This document shows, in pieces, positions 19,458 to 29,282 of a DNA stretch of 63,688 nucleotides. This stretch comes from a virus (taxonomy: Duplodnaviria > Caudoviricetes). The stretch lies in IMG/VR virus record IMGVR_UViG_3300036846_000403, positions 1 through 63,688 of that record; one strand, 5' to 3'. The position numbers and the translations under genes were made by a program. The first letter of the stretch is position 1, and every line of letters begins with the position of its first letter. The notes under the pieces are model-generated. The model was given only the letters and a program-made list of their open reading frames with translations. It had not been told where the DNA came from and did not search any database.

Positions 19458-20294
19458 ATGGTTCGCCTACGTAAAGAGGACACCGAAGACCTCAATGTCG
19501 AGGAACTCGACGCCGTAGAATACTCAGATGAGCAATTCGACAGTTACGACGGCGAGGTGCCGCCCAAGGATCTCGAACTGACCGGATTCGTCCGGAAGAT
19601 GTGGTGGACCCGGAGCGGCGCAGGCGACCCGATGCTCAAGGTGCTCTGGGTGGCCGCCGAGAACGACGGCGACAACGACGAGTACAATGGCTGTCCGTTC
19701 TGGCTGAACGCAGCGCTGATCGGCGCGGCGAAGTTCCGGTGGGCACCGTTCCTCGACAACTTCGGCATCACGCTCAAGCAAGTCAAGAACAACACCGATG
19801 TCCAGGACAAGGACGACCAGAACGGCGCGCCCATCAACAAGATCGCCAACTGGCGGCCCGGCGAAGAGAACGATGAAGCCTGGTGCCGGATTATCACCGA
19901 TCGGGAGCGCTACCAGGGTGAGTGGCAGCCCAAGGTGAAGACATGGCTTCCCTACGACGCCGACGAGGCAGATGAGGAGCCTGCGGACGACGAAGAGACA
20001 GACGACGAGTACGATGAGGAGGATGAGGACGACTCAGAGCCCGAGCCCGAGCCGGAACCGGAACCGGCGCGCGGCAGGGGTCGCGGAGCGGCCCGGAACG
20101 CCCCTGACAAGGCCGCACCCGCCCGGTCGGGTAGAGGTACCCGCGCCGCCGCCCCAGCCGCTGACAAGCCCGCTCCGGCCCGTACGGCGAGAGGCGCGCG
20201 ACCGGCTAAGGCCGCTGCGCCCGCCGAGAAGCCTGCGCGCGGACGTGGCCGGGCACGCAGCAAGGACGGCTACGACGACGAGCCGCCATTTTAA
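19458..20294 (+). CDS. ssDNA-binding-like protein
   Basis: Position; acidic and basic low-complexity tail ending DDEPPF. Confidence 0.65.
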   Translation: MVRLRKEDTEDLNVEELDAVEYSDEQFDSYDGEVPPKDLELTGFVRKMWWTRSGAGDPMLKVLWVAAENDGDNDEYNGCPFWLNAALIGAAKFRWAPFLDNFGITLKQVKNNTDVQDKDDQNGAPINKIANWRPGEENDEAWCRIITDRERYQGEWQPKVKTWLPYDADEADEEPADDEETDDEYDEEDEDDSEPEPEPEPEPARGRGRGAARNAPDKAAPARSGRGTRAAAPAADKPAPARTARGARPAKAAAPAEKPARGRGRARSKDGYDDEPPF

Positions 20295-20381
20295 CCCGAT
20301 CGCAAGAAACCTAGCGCTAGAGATCAGGCGGCTCCGTGAGGAAGCTCATCAGAGTTTCCTCCGGGCCGTCTGGTCCGGGAA

Positions 20382-20753
20382 GTGGCCATAGTGAGTTACC
20401 AAGATGACAGCATCGACTGGCAGATCATTCGTTACGTAGACAACTGGCTCGATGAAGATGTTCCCGAGTACTACAAGGACCAGCCACTCGCTCAGGACTG
20501 GGCGCGGATCTCTAAGGTTATCGAAGAACTTGGCGAAACCATATCCGCGATAATCGGCGCGACCGGCCAGAATCCTCGCAAGGGGATTACCCACAAGTCG
20601 ACAGACATCGTCGATGAACTCGCAGATGTCGTGATGACGGGAATCCTCGCCATCCAGCACTTCACCAAGGACGCCCCGGCGACACGGGATATCCTGCTCC
20701 AGAAGCAGGCATTCATCTACCGGCGAATGATGAATCTGGAAGAGAAGAAATGA
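20382..20753 (+). CDS. MazG-like nucleotide pyrophosphohydrolase
   Basis: KVIEELGE...ELADV (ExxE...ExxD). Confidence 0.85.
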   Translation: MAIVSYQDDSIDWQIIRYVDNWLDEDVPEYYKDQPLAQDWARISKVIEELGETISAIIGATGQNPRKGITHKSTDIVDELADVVMTGILAIQHFTKDAPATRDILLQKQAFIYRRMMNLEEKK

Positions 20754-21517
20754 GCGTAGCCGTCCTTGGCTGCGGGCCGTCCGGACTGGCGGCGGCTCTG
20801 GCTGCCGTCAACTCCGGGCATAAGGTCCTGATAGCAAGCAACACCACCATCCCAAGTACCCAGTATGGATGCCAGTATCTTCACTCTCCCATCCCCGGCT
20901 ACCGGGACGTAGCCCACGCCACAGTAGAGTACCACCTAAACGGTACGGCCGAAGAATACCGCCTGAAGGTTTACGGGCGGAAGTGGACGGGTAGGGTATC
21001 CCCGGAAGACTTTATAGGCGAACATGAAGCCTGGGACATCCGCGAGACGTACCAGGAGATGTGGGGAGATCTTCACGAGAACGCGAGAGTTACATTTATC
21101 AAGATTCCTAAAATCAAATCTGGTATCATATCTAAGCTTGTGTATAGATTCGATCCCGCCTTCATCATCTCGACCGTACCCGCGCCAGACCTATGCTACA
21201 ACCCGGCCCATCAATTTATCTACCATAACATCTTCGCAAACGGCAGCACGAAGCCGGCAACTGAAGCCGTCAACACAGTAGTGTGCGACGGCACCCCGAT
21301 GAACGACTGGTACCGGAACGCCTGTGTGTTCGGGTACCGGACGATCGAATGGCCACACCGGCCAACGAACGGCGACGCAACAGTTTCCGTCAGGAAGCCA
21401 CTCACCACCGACTGCGACTGCTACCCGGAGTATTTCAGGATCGGCCGGTACGGCAAGTGGCAGAAGTCCTACCTAGTTCACCAGACTTATCCGGAAGTGA
21501 TGGAGATCCTTAGTTGA
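20750..21517 (+). CDS. FAD-dependent oxidoreductase (weak resemblance to UDP-galactopyranose mutase fold)
   Basis: VAVLGCGPSGLAAA Rossmann motif, GCQYLH, ISTVP, IGRYGKW. Confidence 0.75.
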   Translation: MSVAVLGCGPSGLAAALAAVNSGHKVLIASNTTIPSTQYGCQYLHSPIPGYRDVAHATVEYHLNGTAEEYRLKVYGRKWTGRVSPEDFIGEHEAWDIRETYQEMWGDLHENARVTFIKIPKIKSGIISKLVYRFDPAFIISTVPAPDLCYNPAHQFIYHNIFANGSTKPATEAVNTVVCDGTPMNDWYRNACVFGYRTIEWPHRPTNGDATVSVRKPLTTDCDCYPEYFRIGRYGKWQKSYLVHQTYPEVMEILS

Positions 21518-22239
21518 TCAGTATTAGGAATCCTTCAAGGTCACAGCCAATCATGAGAGGGGTAAAGCAATTGCGTAGACGAGAGTTCCGCAGCGGCGAA
21601 GGAAAGCCAGTCGTGGCGCTCGACATCGATGGGACGCTCGGCAACTACCACGCCCACTTCCTCTGGTTCGCGGAACGCTGGCTCGGTATGCCTATGCCGT
21701 CCGAGTACGACATCAACCCCGGTCGTCGCCTTCACGAGTTCATGAACGTCCCCCACCATATCTACCGGGAATGTAAGCTAGCCTACCGGCAGGGCGGCCT
21801 GAAACGCTTCATGCCTGTGTACCCTGGCGCCGCCGAGCTAACACACAATATCCGTAATGCCGGCGCGGAAGTATGGATCTGTACGACGCGCCCGTATATG
21901 CGCCTAGACAACATCGACCCCGATACGCGGGAATGGCTCGGCCGCAATCACATCGACTACGACGCCGTGATCTTTGAAGGAGTGCCGCTCGGTGACAGGA
22001 TTACAACCAAGTATGAAGATCTGGTCCGACAAGTAGGCATAGACAGGGTTGTCGCGGCAGTCGACGACCTACCCGAGCAGACAGCGGACGCAATCAAGAA
22101 CGGCATCCGGCGCGTCTACCTCCGCGCCCAGCCATACAACCAGAGTCCCGAGGTACTAGGCGAACGCATCGACACCCTGGGCGTCCTGTGGCTGAGACTC
22201 CGCAAGGACATATCCGAATGGCAGGCAAATCACTCATGA
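21514..22239 (+). CDS. HAD-family phosphatase / 5'-nucleotidase-like
   Basis: DIDGTL, TTRP, VDD motifs; start uncertain. Confidence 0.8.
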   Translation: MISIRNPSRSQPIMRGVKQLRRREFRSGEGKPVVALDIDGTLGNYHAHFLWFAERWLGMPMPSEYDINPGRRLHEFMNVPHHIYRECKLAYRQGGLKRFMPVYPGAAELTHNIRNAGAEVWICTTRPYMRLDNIDPDTREWLGRNHIDYDAVIFEGVPLGDRITTKYEDLVRQVGIDRVVAAVDDLPEQTADAIKNGIRRVYLRAQPYNQSPEVLGERIDTLGVLWLRLRKDISEWQANHS

Positions 22240-22550
22240 AGAAAACCTTTTGCGACGTAGACGGTAAGCAGTGCGTCAACACGACCGTCCTAGTACACAT
22301 ACAAGTCCATCACCACACGAAGGACGGGCAGCCCGTAGGCCAGGATTACTTCAGGCCGATCGAGGTCTGTACGGACTGTGAGACTCTTCTCAAGAGACTA
22401 TTCCCGCAGGCGTTCGTTATGGACCACAGCCGTAGCGAAGAACCGATGATTGCGGAAACTCCGGTCGCCTACGAGAACGCAGCCGCAAGGCAAAGGATAT
22501 CAAGGGAAGAATTCGAAGAGGCAATGGAAAGGCGGCACAACGGTGAGTGA
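22236..22550 (+). CDS. hypothetical protein, Zn-ribbon-like
   Basis: ATGA overlap; CD...CTDC. Confidence 0.6.
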   Translation: MKKTFCDVDGKQCVNTTVLVHIQVHHHTKDGQPVGQDYFRPIEVCTDCETLLKRLFPQAFVMDHSRSEEPMIAETPVAYENAAARQRISREEFEEAMERRHNGE

Positions 22551-23442
22551 CGACGACAAGAGCAGGCTACCCGCTCGATGGGCTGACGTAGCGATGTACT
22601 CGGCCCCTCCGCTTGTAGAACCAGGCGACAAGGTAACACCGCGGGTGTCCCTGGTATCCATGACGCGGAATCCCCTTCGCGTTATGGCCGCTGCCGCCGA
22701 GACGTACCAGGGAGGTGTCTACCGCGACCCGAGTACCGTAACCCACGATCAGTGTATGAAGTGGCTTAACGGCTTCAAGGACAGCGCCATCACCGCACCG
22801 CTGGAGTTCGTCAGTCTTCACTTCTACTTTGAAGGCGTGACGCGGGCCTTCACTCACCAGCTTGTCCGGCAGCGCACCGCGACATTCGTACAGGAGTCGA
22901 TGCGGTTCGCCGTCAAGGAGAATGCCGCCTGGGAGGTGGCCGACCCGCCCAGCCTGGAAGGACTGAAGGATGACCATCCCTGGCGCCTAACCTGGGACGC
23001 TGCGACCTCCTACGCGGCGCAGGCATACAACCGGCTAGTCGCCAACGGTATGCCGGCCGAAGACGCACGCGGGCTCCTGCCGACGAACATCACGACGCGA
23101 GTCCACTACCACACCGACCTCCTCAACCTTACCCGGCAGGCCGGGAACCGGCTCTGCTCTCAGGCTCAGCACGAGTGGAAGGTTGTCTGGAACCAGATGA
23201 TCCTCGCCATCCTCAACTACGGCTCAACCGACGAGAGGTGGCAGCAGAAGGAGATCGTCAAGCTGTTCAAGCCGGTCTGCTACCAGAAGGGCAGTTGTGG
23301 CTTCCACGGCCCGGCCGACCGCTGGTGCGTTATCCGTGACCGGGTTGATGCCCACGCCGCTGCCGGCGATCACCCAGACACCTGGACTGACATCAACCCG
23401 CGCGAGCCCCTCAGCGCCGCAGCCGCTAGGAAGCCGAAGTGA
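22543..23442 (+). CDS. thyX: ThyX-family flavin-dependent thymidylate synthase homolog (divergent)
   Basis: GVTRAFTHQLVRQR-x7-SMRF, EDARGLLP, RLCSQAQHEW. Confidence 0.85.
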   Translation: MSDDDKSRLPARWADVAMYSAPPLVEPGDKVTPRVSLVSMTRNPLRVMAAAAETYQGGVYRDPSTVTHDQCMKWLNGFKDSAITAPLEFVSLHFYFEGVTRAFTHQLVRQRTATFVQESMRFAVKENAAWEVADPPSLEGLKDDHPWRLTWDAATSYAAQAYNRLVANGMPAEDARGLLPTNITTRVHYHTDLLNLTRQAGNRLCSQAQHEWKVVWNQMILAILNYGSTDERWQQKEIVKLFKPVCYQKGSCGFHGPADRWCVIRDRVDAHAAAGDHPDTWTDINPREPLSAAAARKPK

Positions 23443-24134
23443 AGGGACTTATCATCGGCGCCAGCTCCGGCATAGGCCAGGCTATTGAAGAGTACATCAG
23501 CAGCCACGCCGACGCGACCGAATGTGAAGACTGGCTGACGCCGGGAACTGACGTTCTCGATGTACGCTCCTCAGCCGAGTGCTACGCCTGTATCCGACAG
23601 GAAGGTCCGTTCGACTACATCATCTATAGCGCAGGCATCAACGAGCTAGCCTGGATCACCGCGATAGGTATGCAGTGGGACAACACGTTCGAGAACGTCT
23701 GGGACGTCAACTGTCACGGATTCGTCCGGATCGTGGGCGCACACGAGCACCTCTTCCCCGAGGCAGGCGGAAGTATCGTAGCTATCAGCAGCGATGCCGC
23801 CCGCCGGCCAATGCGCGGCTCGATCGCCTACTGCTCTAGCAAGGCCGCGCTCGACATGTCGGTAAGGGTTATGGCGCGGGAGCTAGCGCCACGCTGGCGC
23901 GTAAATGCGATAGCACCCGGCATCACCGACGATACCAATATGACTAGGTACCTCGACGATAACATCCCAATCTTCCGGGGCTGGACCTCCGACTACGCCC
24001 AGGAGTATGAGAAGTCCCAGATACCTATGGGTCGTCGTGCCGCACCCGGAGAGATTGCCGAAGTAGCCGTATCCGTACTGATAGGTCCCGAGTACCTAAC
24101 AGGCGCTATCCTTGAGATCAACGGAGGAAGATGA
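23439..24134 (+). CDS. Short-chain dehydrogenase/reductase (SDR)
   Basis: GASSGIG, SAG, YCSSK (YxxxK), VNAIAPG. Confidence 0.9.
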   Translation: MKGLIIGASSGIGQAIEEYISSHADATECEDWLTPGTDVLDVRSSAECYACIRQEGPFDYIIYSAGINELAWITAIGMQWDNTFENVWDVNCHGFVRIVGAHEHLFPEAGGSIVAISSDAARRPMRGSIAYCSSKAALDMSVRVMARELAPRWRVNAIAPGITDDTNMTRYLDDNIPIFRGWTSDYAQEYEKSQIPMGRRAAPGEIAEVAVSVLIGPEYLTGAILEINGGR

Positions 24135-24391
24135 TGACCGAGCCAACACCAGCGCAAGAACCCCCGGCCGCACCTCCGGCCGAACCAGACCACTTCCATG
24201 TCTGGGACATCCTGGAGACCCAGATACCAAAGGGTCAGGCCATACACCCACGTATACGCCCGGAGAACTTCACGATCGTGCTCGTGAGATGTAGGACGTG
24301 TAACCTCCCGAGGGGAATCGAGGTGCCTGGTCTCTGGAACCTGGAACAGATACTCAAAAACTACGCCCAGATAAGGAAGCCCGGTGAGTGA
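24131..24391 (+). CDS. hypothetical protein (H-x-H...CxxC)
   Basis: ATGA overlap. Confidence 0.55.
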   Translation: MMTEPTPAQEPPAAPPAEPDHFHVWDILETQIPKGQAIHPRIRPENFTIVLVRCRTCNLPRGIEVPGLWNLEQILKNYAQIRKPGE

Positions 24392-24725
24392 AGATGAAAT
24401 CCGCGCCGCAGCTTACGAGTTCATCGTCAAGCTAGACGTCACGCCTACGCCCGATGCCATCAGCCAGCTATCAGGTCCGTTCGCAACAGCACTGATGATC
24501 ATGTGCGATCGCGGATACGATCCTGAAGGGGCAACCTGGCAGTCAAAAGGATGGAAGGGACTCGTCCAAGACATCCTGAACAAGGCCGGTCGCCTAAAGT
24601 TCCACTCATGGCGGAACAACCGCTTTGATGAAGACTCCGCGATCGACATCATCAACTTCGCCGGTTTCTACTGGCGCCTAAGAAATGAAGGTTCCAAGTG
24701 GGGCGAGCTAGGTGAGCCTGGATGA
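24384..24725 (+). CDS. DUF1599 / nucleotide-modification-associated domain 1-like protein
   Basis: RGYD...W...G...I.NK..RL...DSAIDIINFA all-helical pattern. Confidence 0.55.
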   Translation: MSEDEIRAAAYEFIVKLDVTPTPDAISQLSGPFATALMIMCDRGYDPEGATWQSKGWKGLVQDILNKAGRLKFHSWRNNRFDEDSAIDIINFAGFYWRLRNEGSKWGELGEPG

Positions 24726-24849
24726 TAAGCGCCCACACGCACGGTCACGGTTACGTAAACCTGTACATCAGTCCGCTCTCGATAGCATGTATCATAATCG
24801 TCGTGCTTATCATCGCAGTAGTGATGTGGGAGTCCAGGAAGGGAAACTA

Positions 24850-25200
24850 ATGGGGAAGCTAGACAAGGCACCAGATGACCCGCGCTTCATCGCAGCCGTG
24901 GACCTTATCGGCCGTACCGGCGCGAAGCAATTCAAGATAGGCTACTGCGATGAGGATGCCCCGCCTGTCGTCTGGTACGTCTGCGTTCTCTACGGCGACC
25001 ACTGGGAAGTAACCGGAGGGCAAGGACCACTCCTAGCTATCTTCCGGATGCTGGAGTCACTCATCGACGGCGGCGTCTGTATGCACTGTAAAAAGCCAAC
25101 CGGCTTCGAGGAAAGTGCCGAGCCCGTACCGCTCGACCAGCTAGTGTGCTGGTACCAGTGGGACCCCAGCACTAAGACTTACGCAAGAGGATGTGCCTAG
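24850..25200 (+). CDS. hypothetical protein
   Basis: AAGGGA RBS; CMHC. Confidence 0.65.
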   Translation: MGKLDKAPDDPRFIAAVDLIGRTGAKQFKIGYCDEDAPPVVWYVCVLYGDHWEVTGGQGPLLAIFRMLESLIDGGVCMHCKKPTGFEESAEPVPLDQLVCWYQWDPSTKTYARGCA

Positions 25201-25226
25201 CGTACCGCGCCCGGATAGGATATAAT
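25198..25226 (+). promoter_or_regulatory. Promoter TAGCGT-N17-TATAAT
   Basis: Family match. Confidence 0.65.
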
Positions 25227-25255
25227 CGACGTAAGGGACCTAGAAAGGACATCAA

Positions 25256-25459
25256 ATGTCAACCTCCTACTTCTGTGACCCGTTCTGGCATGACGGCGAC
25301 AAGACAGTCAAAGCCAGGTTCCTAATTCTGCCTACCCCGATGGAACGCCACCTCTCTCTCAACGGGTACGCCTGCTGTGAGATGCACGCAGGCCCAGCTC
25401 TACGGTTCATGCTAGAGAAGGTCAAGATAGTTACGGTGCGTGACGTCGGAGGTGAATAA
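25256..25459 (+). CDS. hypothetical protein
   Basis: AAAGGA RBS. Confidence 0.6.
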   Translation: MSTSYFCDPFWHDGDKTVKARFLILPTPMERHLSLNGYACCEMHAGPALRFMLEKVKIVTVRDVGGE

Positions 25460-25462
25460 GGA

Positions 25463-25678
25463 GTGATTTGGATGGATATACCCGGAGGCAGCCCGGTATA
25501 CATTCTCCCAAAAGATCCTCCGAACTGCCCTATCCACAAAGGACCTATGAAGCTCAACTTCCAGGCCGACCGTTACGACTGCCTTGGCTACGACGGCGAA
25601 GGATGTGAGTACAAGGTTAGCTGCGAAGAGTTCCTGTTCGAAATAGGTACTACCGAACCGGGCGGATTCGAGGTATAA
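25463..25678 (+). CDS. hypothetical protein, Zn-ribbon-like
   Basis: CPIH...C...C. Confidence 0.55.
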   Translation: MIWMDIPGGSPVYILPKDPPNCPIHKGPMKLNFQADRYDCLGYDGEGCEYKVSCEEFLFEIGTTEPGGFEV

Positions 25679-25685
25679 TAGGAGT

Positions 25686-26615
25686 ATGAGGTACGTCAGC
25701 CTTCACCACCACAGCACCTTCAGTCACGGTGATGGGCACAAGCCTCCCGCAATTCACGTAGCCCGCGCCGCAGAACTTGGATACACCGCTATGGCTCTGA
25801 CCGAGCACGGCGGCACGAGCAGCCATTTCCAATTCGAGCAAGCAGCTATCAAGGCCGGGGTAAAGCCTCTCTTTGGGCTTGAAGCCTACACCGGCCCGGT
25901 CGACGCGAACCGGAGTCAATGGAAGTACCATCTCACGATCCTCGCCGGGAGTAATGATGGATACCGAAACCTCAATCAACTGGTCACCCAGTCTTGGCGC
26001 GATCATCACTACCATCCAACAGTTTCTGGAGAGAATCTCCAGCGCAATTCTGGAGATCTGTACATACTTTCTGGATGCACTGGATCGATGCTTGCCTGCG
26101 CTCTTGTGGGAGGTAAGGGGATTCCAGAACCTACCTCGCGCGACGGATATGGATGGGATGACGCAAGACGCATCATCAGCCGTTTTTCCCGACTATCGGG
26201 AGAACGTTATTTTCTTGAAGTCCAGCCCTTCTGGGAACTTGAGAAAACCTGTCGAATCAACCCAGCTTATGAACGCCTATCAAGGGAAACTGGCGTGCCA
26301 CTTGTCGCAACCTGTGACGTACACTACCCTAGACCCGACGACTCTGAGATGCAGGCTATCCTACACGCAGTACATCGAGGCAATCAATCGATCGATGATG
26401 CGATGAGGGCGTGGAACTATTCGGTACCAATGACGCTTCCGACTTCGGATAAGGAACTAGGCGAGCGCCTGATTAAAACTGGCCTGTCGCGGAACGCTGC
26501 CTGGGAAGCTATCCTTAACACGGAGTGGATAGCTAGCCAGTGTAACGTAACCCTGCCGAAAGCCGAGCGCCTAGTGTACCCGATTGAGGAAGGTGACTGG
26601 AAGCCGTGGACCTAG
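25686..26615 (+). CDS. dnaE: DNA polymerase III alpha, N-terminal PHP part
   Basis: LHHHSTFS..DG, ALTEHG, GLEAY, HLTILA, TCDVHY. Confidence 0.9.
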   Translation: MRYVSLHHHSTFSHGDGHKPPAIHVARAAELGYTAMALTEHGGTSSHFQFEQAAIKAGVKPLFGLEAYTGPVDANRSQWKYHLTILAGSNDGYRNLNQLVTQSWRDHHYHPTVSGENLQRNSGDLYILSGCTGSMLACALVGGKGIPEPTSRDGYGWDDARRIISRFSRLSGERYFLEVQPFWELEKTCRINPAYERLSRETGVPLVATCDVHYPRPDDSEMQAILHAVHRGNQSIDDAMRAWNYSVPMTLPTSDKELGERLIKTGLSRNAAWEAILNTEWIASQCNVTLPKAERLVYPIEEGDWKPWT

Positions 26616-26803
26616 CTAAGTGTAAGTGTACGGCGTTCTGGGTACCGTGCGTGCGCCTAGCGACGCAGGAGGATATGCTCTGTGACGAATGCCGAGAAAA
26701 TACCTGCTGTGTAATCGAGCTGCCTGAACAAGATCCTGTACACGCACATATTATAAAACTTGATCCACGACACACTTGGAGGATCGGTGAACCGGGACTC
26801 TGA
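26606..26803 (+). CDS. Cys-rich small ORF between the two dnaE parts
   Basis: Overlaps both neighbours; 7 Cys. Confidence 0.5.
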   Translation: MDLAKCKCTAFWVPCVRLATQEDMLCDECRENTCCVIELPEQDPVHAHIIKLDPRHTWRIGEPGL

Positions 26804-29039
26804 ACAACTACTTTGGCAGTGGGTCCGCTACGGCTGGAACTACCGCAAGATCAACCAGCTCCCGCGCGCCGAGATAGACTGGTACGTCGAGCGCATCAAG
26901 TATGAAATGGACCTTATCCTGAAGCGCGGACTTGCTGACTTCTTCTTGTTTACCTCGGATACTATCAGATGGGGCAAGGATCACGGCATTCCATTCGGGC
27001 CGGGGCGTGGAAGCACCGCGGCCAGCGTGGTTGCCTACCTCCTACGGATTACCGAGATTCCCCCGCACAAGTACAAGGGCATGATCTTCGAGCGCTTCAT
27101 TGACATCTCCCGGCCCGACCCGCCCGACATCGACGTCGATGCCTCTGATGAGGACCGCTGGCGTGTGTGGGAGTACCTGGAGGGGAAGTATGGCGCGGAT
27201 AAGGTCGGCCATATCGGGAACTTTGTCCGGTACCGTGGGAAGAACTCGCTGGCTGACGTAACGAAAGTTTACAACATCCCGATCTATGCGCGAGAGACAG
27301 TAGCCAATCTACTGATAGAACGTTCCGGTGGAGACTCCCGGTTTAGCTCTACTCTGGCCGACACATTCGATCTCTTCCCTGAAGCACAGAAGGTACGCGA
27401 CGAGTACCCGGACATAGCCAGGGCCTGCCGTCTCGAAGGGGACGTGCGCGGGATGTCCGTCCACGCGGCCGGGCTCGTGATAGCGAATAGCCCGCTTACC
27501 GATATCTGCGCCGTGTACGAGCGCGACGGCGTTAAGGTAATGTCGATCGACAAGTATGACGTCGAGTACGCCGGTGCCCTGAAGCTTGACTTCCTTGGTC
27601 TCTCGACTATGGGGATGATTGCCCGGTGTCTCCGGATGGCCGGCCTAACCCTGGAGGATCTATATGCGGTTCCTGACGATGACCCTGAAACTATCGAGGT
27701 ATTCCGGAAGAGTGATGTCGTTGGAGTCTTTCAGTTTGAGGGTCGCGCTACACGGCTCGTCAACCGAGACGTCCATCCAGATCACTTCATGCATATCTCA
27801 GACATCAATGCTCTGTCGCGTCCTGGACCACTATTTTCCGGACAGACGGCCGCATACGTGGATGTCCGTCACGGACGCAAAAAAGCTGAAAGGCTACATC
27901 CGCTCGTGGATGAAGTCACCCTTGAGACTTATGGGCAGATCATCTACCAGGAACAGATCCTCCGAATCCTCAAGGAGATCGGTGGATTCGACTGGTTCTC
28001 TGTTAGCCAGATCCGGCGGATTATCTCGAAGAAAATGGGCGAGGCTGCCTTCCAGATGTCGTATCAGCAGTTCGCGGACGGGGCGAAGTCCCTCCACGGT
28101 ATCCCCGCCGAGACTGCTGATAAGATCTGGCGCCGCCTCGTGACGTCCGGAACCTACAGCTTTAATATCGCGCACTCGATCTCGTACTCGATGCTTGCCT
28201 TCTGGACGGCATTCCTGAAGATACACTACCCAGTCGAGTTCTACGCGGCCAGCCTAGCGAAAGCCACGAATGCCGATTCACAGTTCAGGCTTATGCGCGA
28301 TGCCCTTGCTCACTCGGTCGACGTAAAGCCACCGTCCCTCACACACTCCCGCGCCACCTGGCGTCCGGTTCCCGGCATCGGCCTAGTCGCTGGCTGGCAG
28401 TCAATCCCGAAGGTAGGCGAGAAGACTGCCTTGCGTATCGAGGCGCTAGCCGGTGACTACGGATTCGATGACTGGATCGAACTCCGCGCCATCCCAGGGA
28501 TAGGTGATAAGACTATCGCCCGTATGGAAGAGTGGACCCTGGCGCGGGACCCATTCGGACTGTACCGGACGGAGAAGCGCCTGGCCGCTGTTCTCCGGTT
28601 CCTCAAGCATCAAGGGAAAGGAGCCGCGCCAATCCCTACGCACGACGGCGACAAGCTTTCCGGAATGAAGGTGAAACAGCGTCAGCCGGGTCAGAGATGG
28701 GTACCGGGTCCGCGCGTCGTCTATATGGGGATGGTAGGTAAGGTCGAGTATAAGGACATTGTGGAAGACGAGAGGTCCCGAACCGGCAAGGAAGTAGAAG
28801 AGATCCTGAAGGAGCTGAAGCGCCCGGATCTCGTGAAGCGGGCTACTCTTCACTGCTTCGATAACAGTAATGAGGAAGTCTACGCGCGGGTGAATAGATG
28901 GCAGTTCCCGCGCCTACAGAAACAGCTAGCACAGATACACCCGAATCACGACGTCGTGGTTATCCTCGGGAACCGCATCGCCGGATTCGGTACGCCGGTA
29001 ACCGTCGAGAGAATATGGATCTTTGATCCCGACAACTAA
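26787..29039 (+). CDS. dnaE: DNA polymerase III alpha, catalytic part
   Basis: GPGRGS, FERF, PDIDVD, HAAG, KLDFLGL, YSFNIAHS; GGAGG RBS. Confidence 0.93.
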   Translation: MNRDSEQLLWQWVRYGWNYRKINQLPRAEIDWYVERIKYEMDLILKRGLADFFLFTSDTIRWGKDHGIPFGPGRGSTAASVVAYLLRITEIPPHKYKGMIFERFIDISRPDPPDIDVDASDEDRWRVWEYLEGKYGADKVGHIGNFVRYRGKNSLADVTKVYNIPIYARETVANLLIERSGGDSRFSSTLADTFDLFPEAQKVRDEYPDIARACRLEGDVRGMSVHAAGLVIANSPLTDICAVYERDGVKVMSIDKYDVEYAGALKLDFLGLSTMGMIARCLRMAGLTLEDLYAVPDDDPETIEVFRKSDVVGVFQFEGRATRLVNRDVHPDHFMHISDINALSRPGPLFSGQTAAYVDVRHGRKKAERLHPLVDEVTLETYGQIIYQEQILRILKEIGGFDWFSVSQIRRIISKKMGEAAFQMSYQQFADGAKSLHGIPAETADKIWRRLVTSGTYSFNIAHSISYSMLAFWTAFLKIHYPVEFYAASLAKATNADSQFRLMRDALAHSVDVKPPSLTHSRATWRPVPGIGLVAGWQSIPKVGEKTALRIEALAGDYGFDDWIELRAIPGIGDKTIARMEEWTLARDPFGLYRTEKRLAAVLRFLKHQGKGAAPIPTHDGDKLSGMKVKQRQPGQRWVPGPRVVYMGMVGKVEYKDIVEDERSRTGKEVEEILKELKRPDLVKRATLHCFDNSNEEVYARVNRWQFPRLQKQLAQIHPNHDVVVILGNRIAGFGTPVTVERIWIFDPDN

Positions 29040-29048
29040 GGAGGAAAT

Positions 29049-29282
29049 ATGCCGAGCTACACTGAAGAAGAAGAGGCAATTATCAGGGTCCGTAATGCGG
29101 ATTCTATGACGGTCGAGTTCTTCAAAAAGCATATGGAAGCGCGGCACGGTGAGACAATACTCCGGTTCAAGTATATGGACCTAGATGATACGGAATACCT
29201 AGAAGCGTGCTGGCGTGCGTACCACGGCGCTATCCACCGTTTTGGACTTCATGATGACCTCGACCACTATCATGGTAGGTAG
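29049..29282 (+). CDS. His-rich small protein
   Basis: AAGGAGG RBS; resembles 19256..19456. Confidence 0.7.
   Translation: MPSYTEEEEAIIRVRNADSMTVEFFKKHMEARHGETILRFKYMDLDDTEYLEACWRAYHGAIHRFGLHDDLDHYHGR

Noticed and set aside
26580-26830. Split intein in DnaE
   Set aside because: No intein N-terminal block or HN-C/S/T junction in either part
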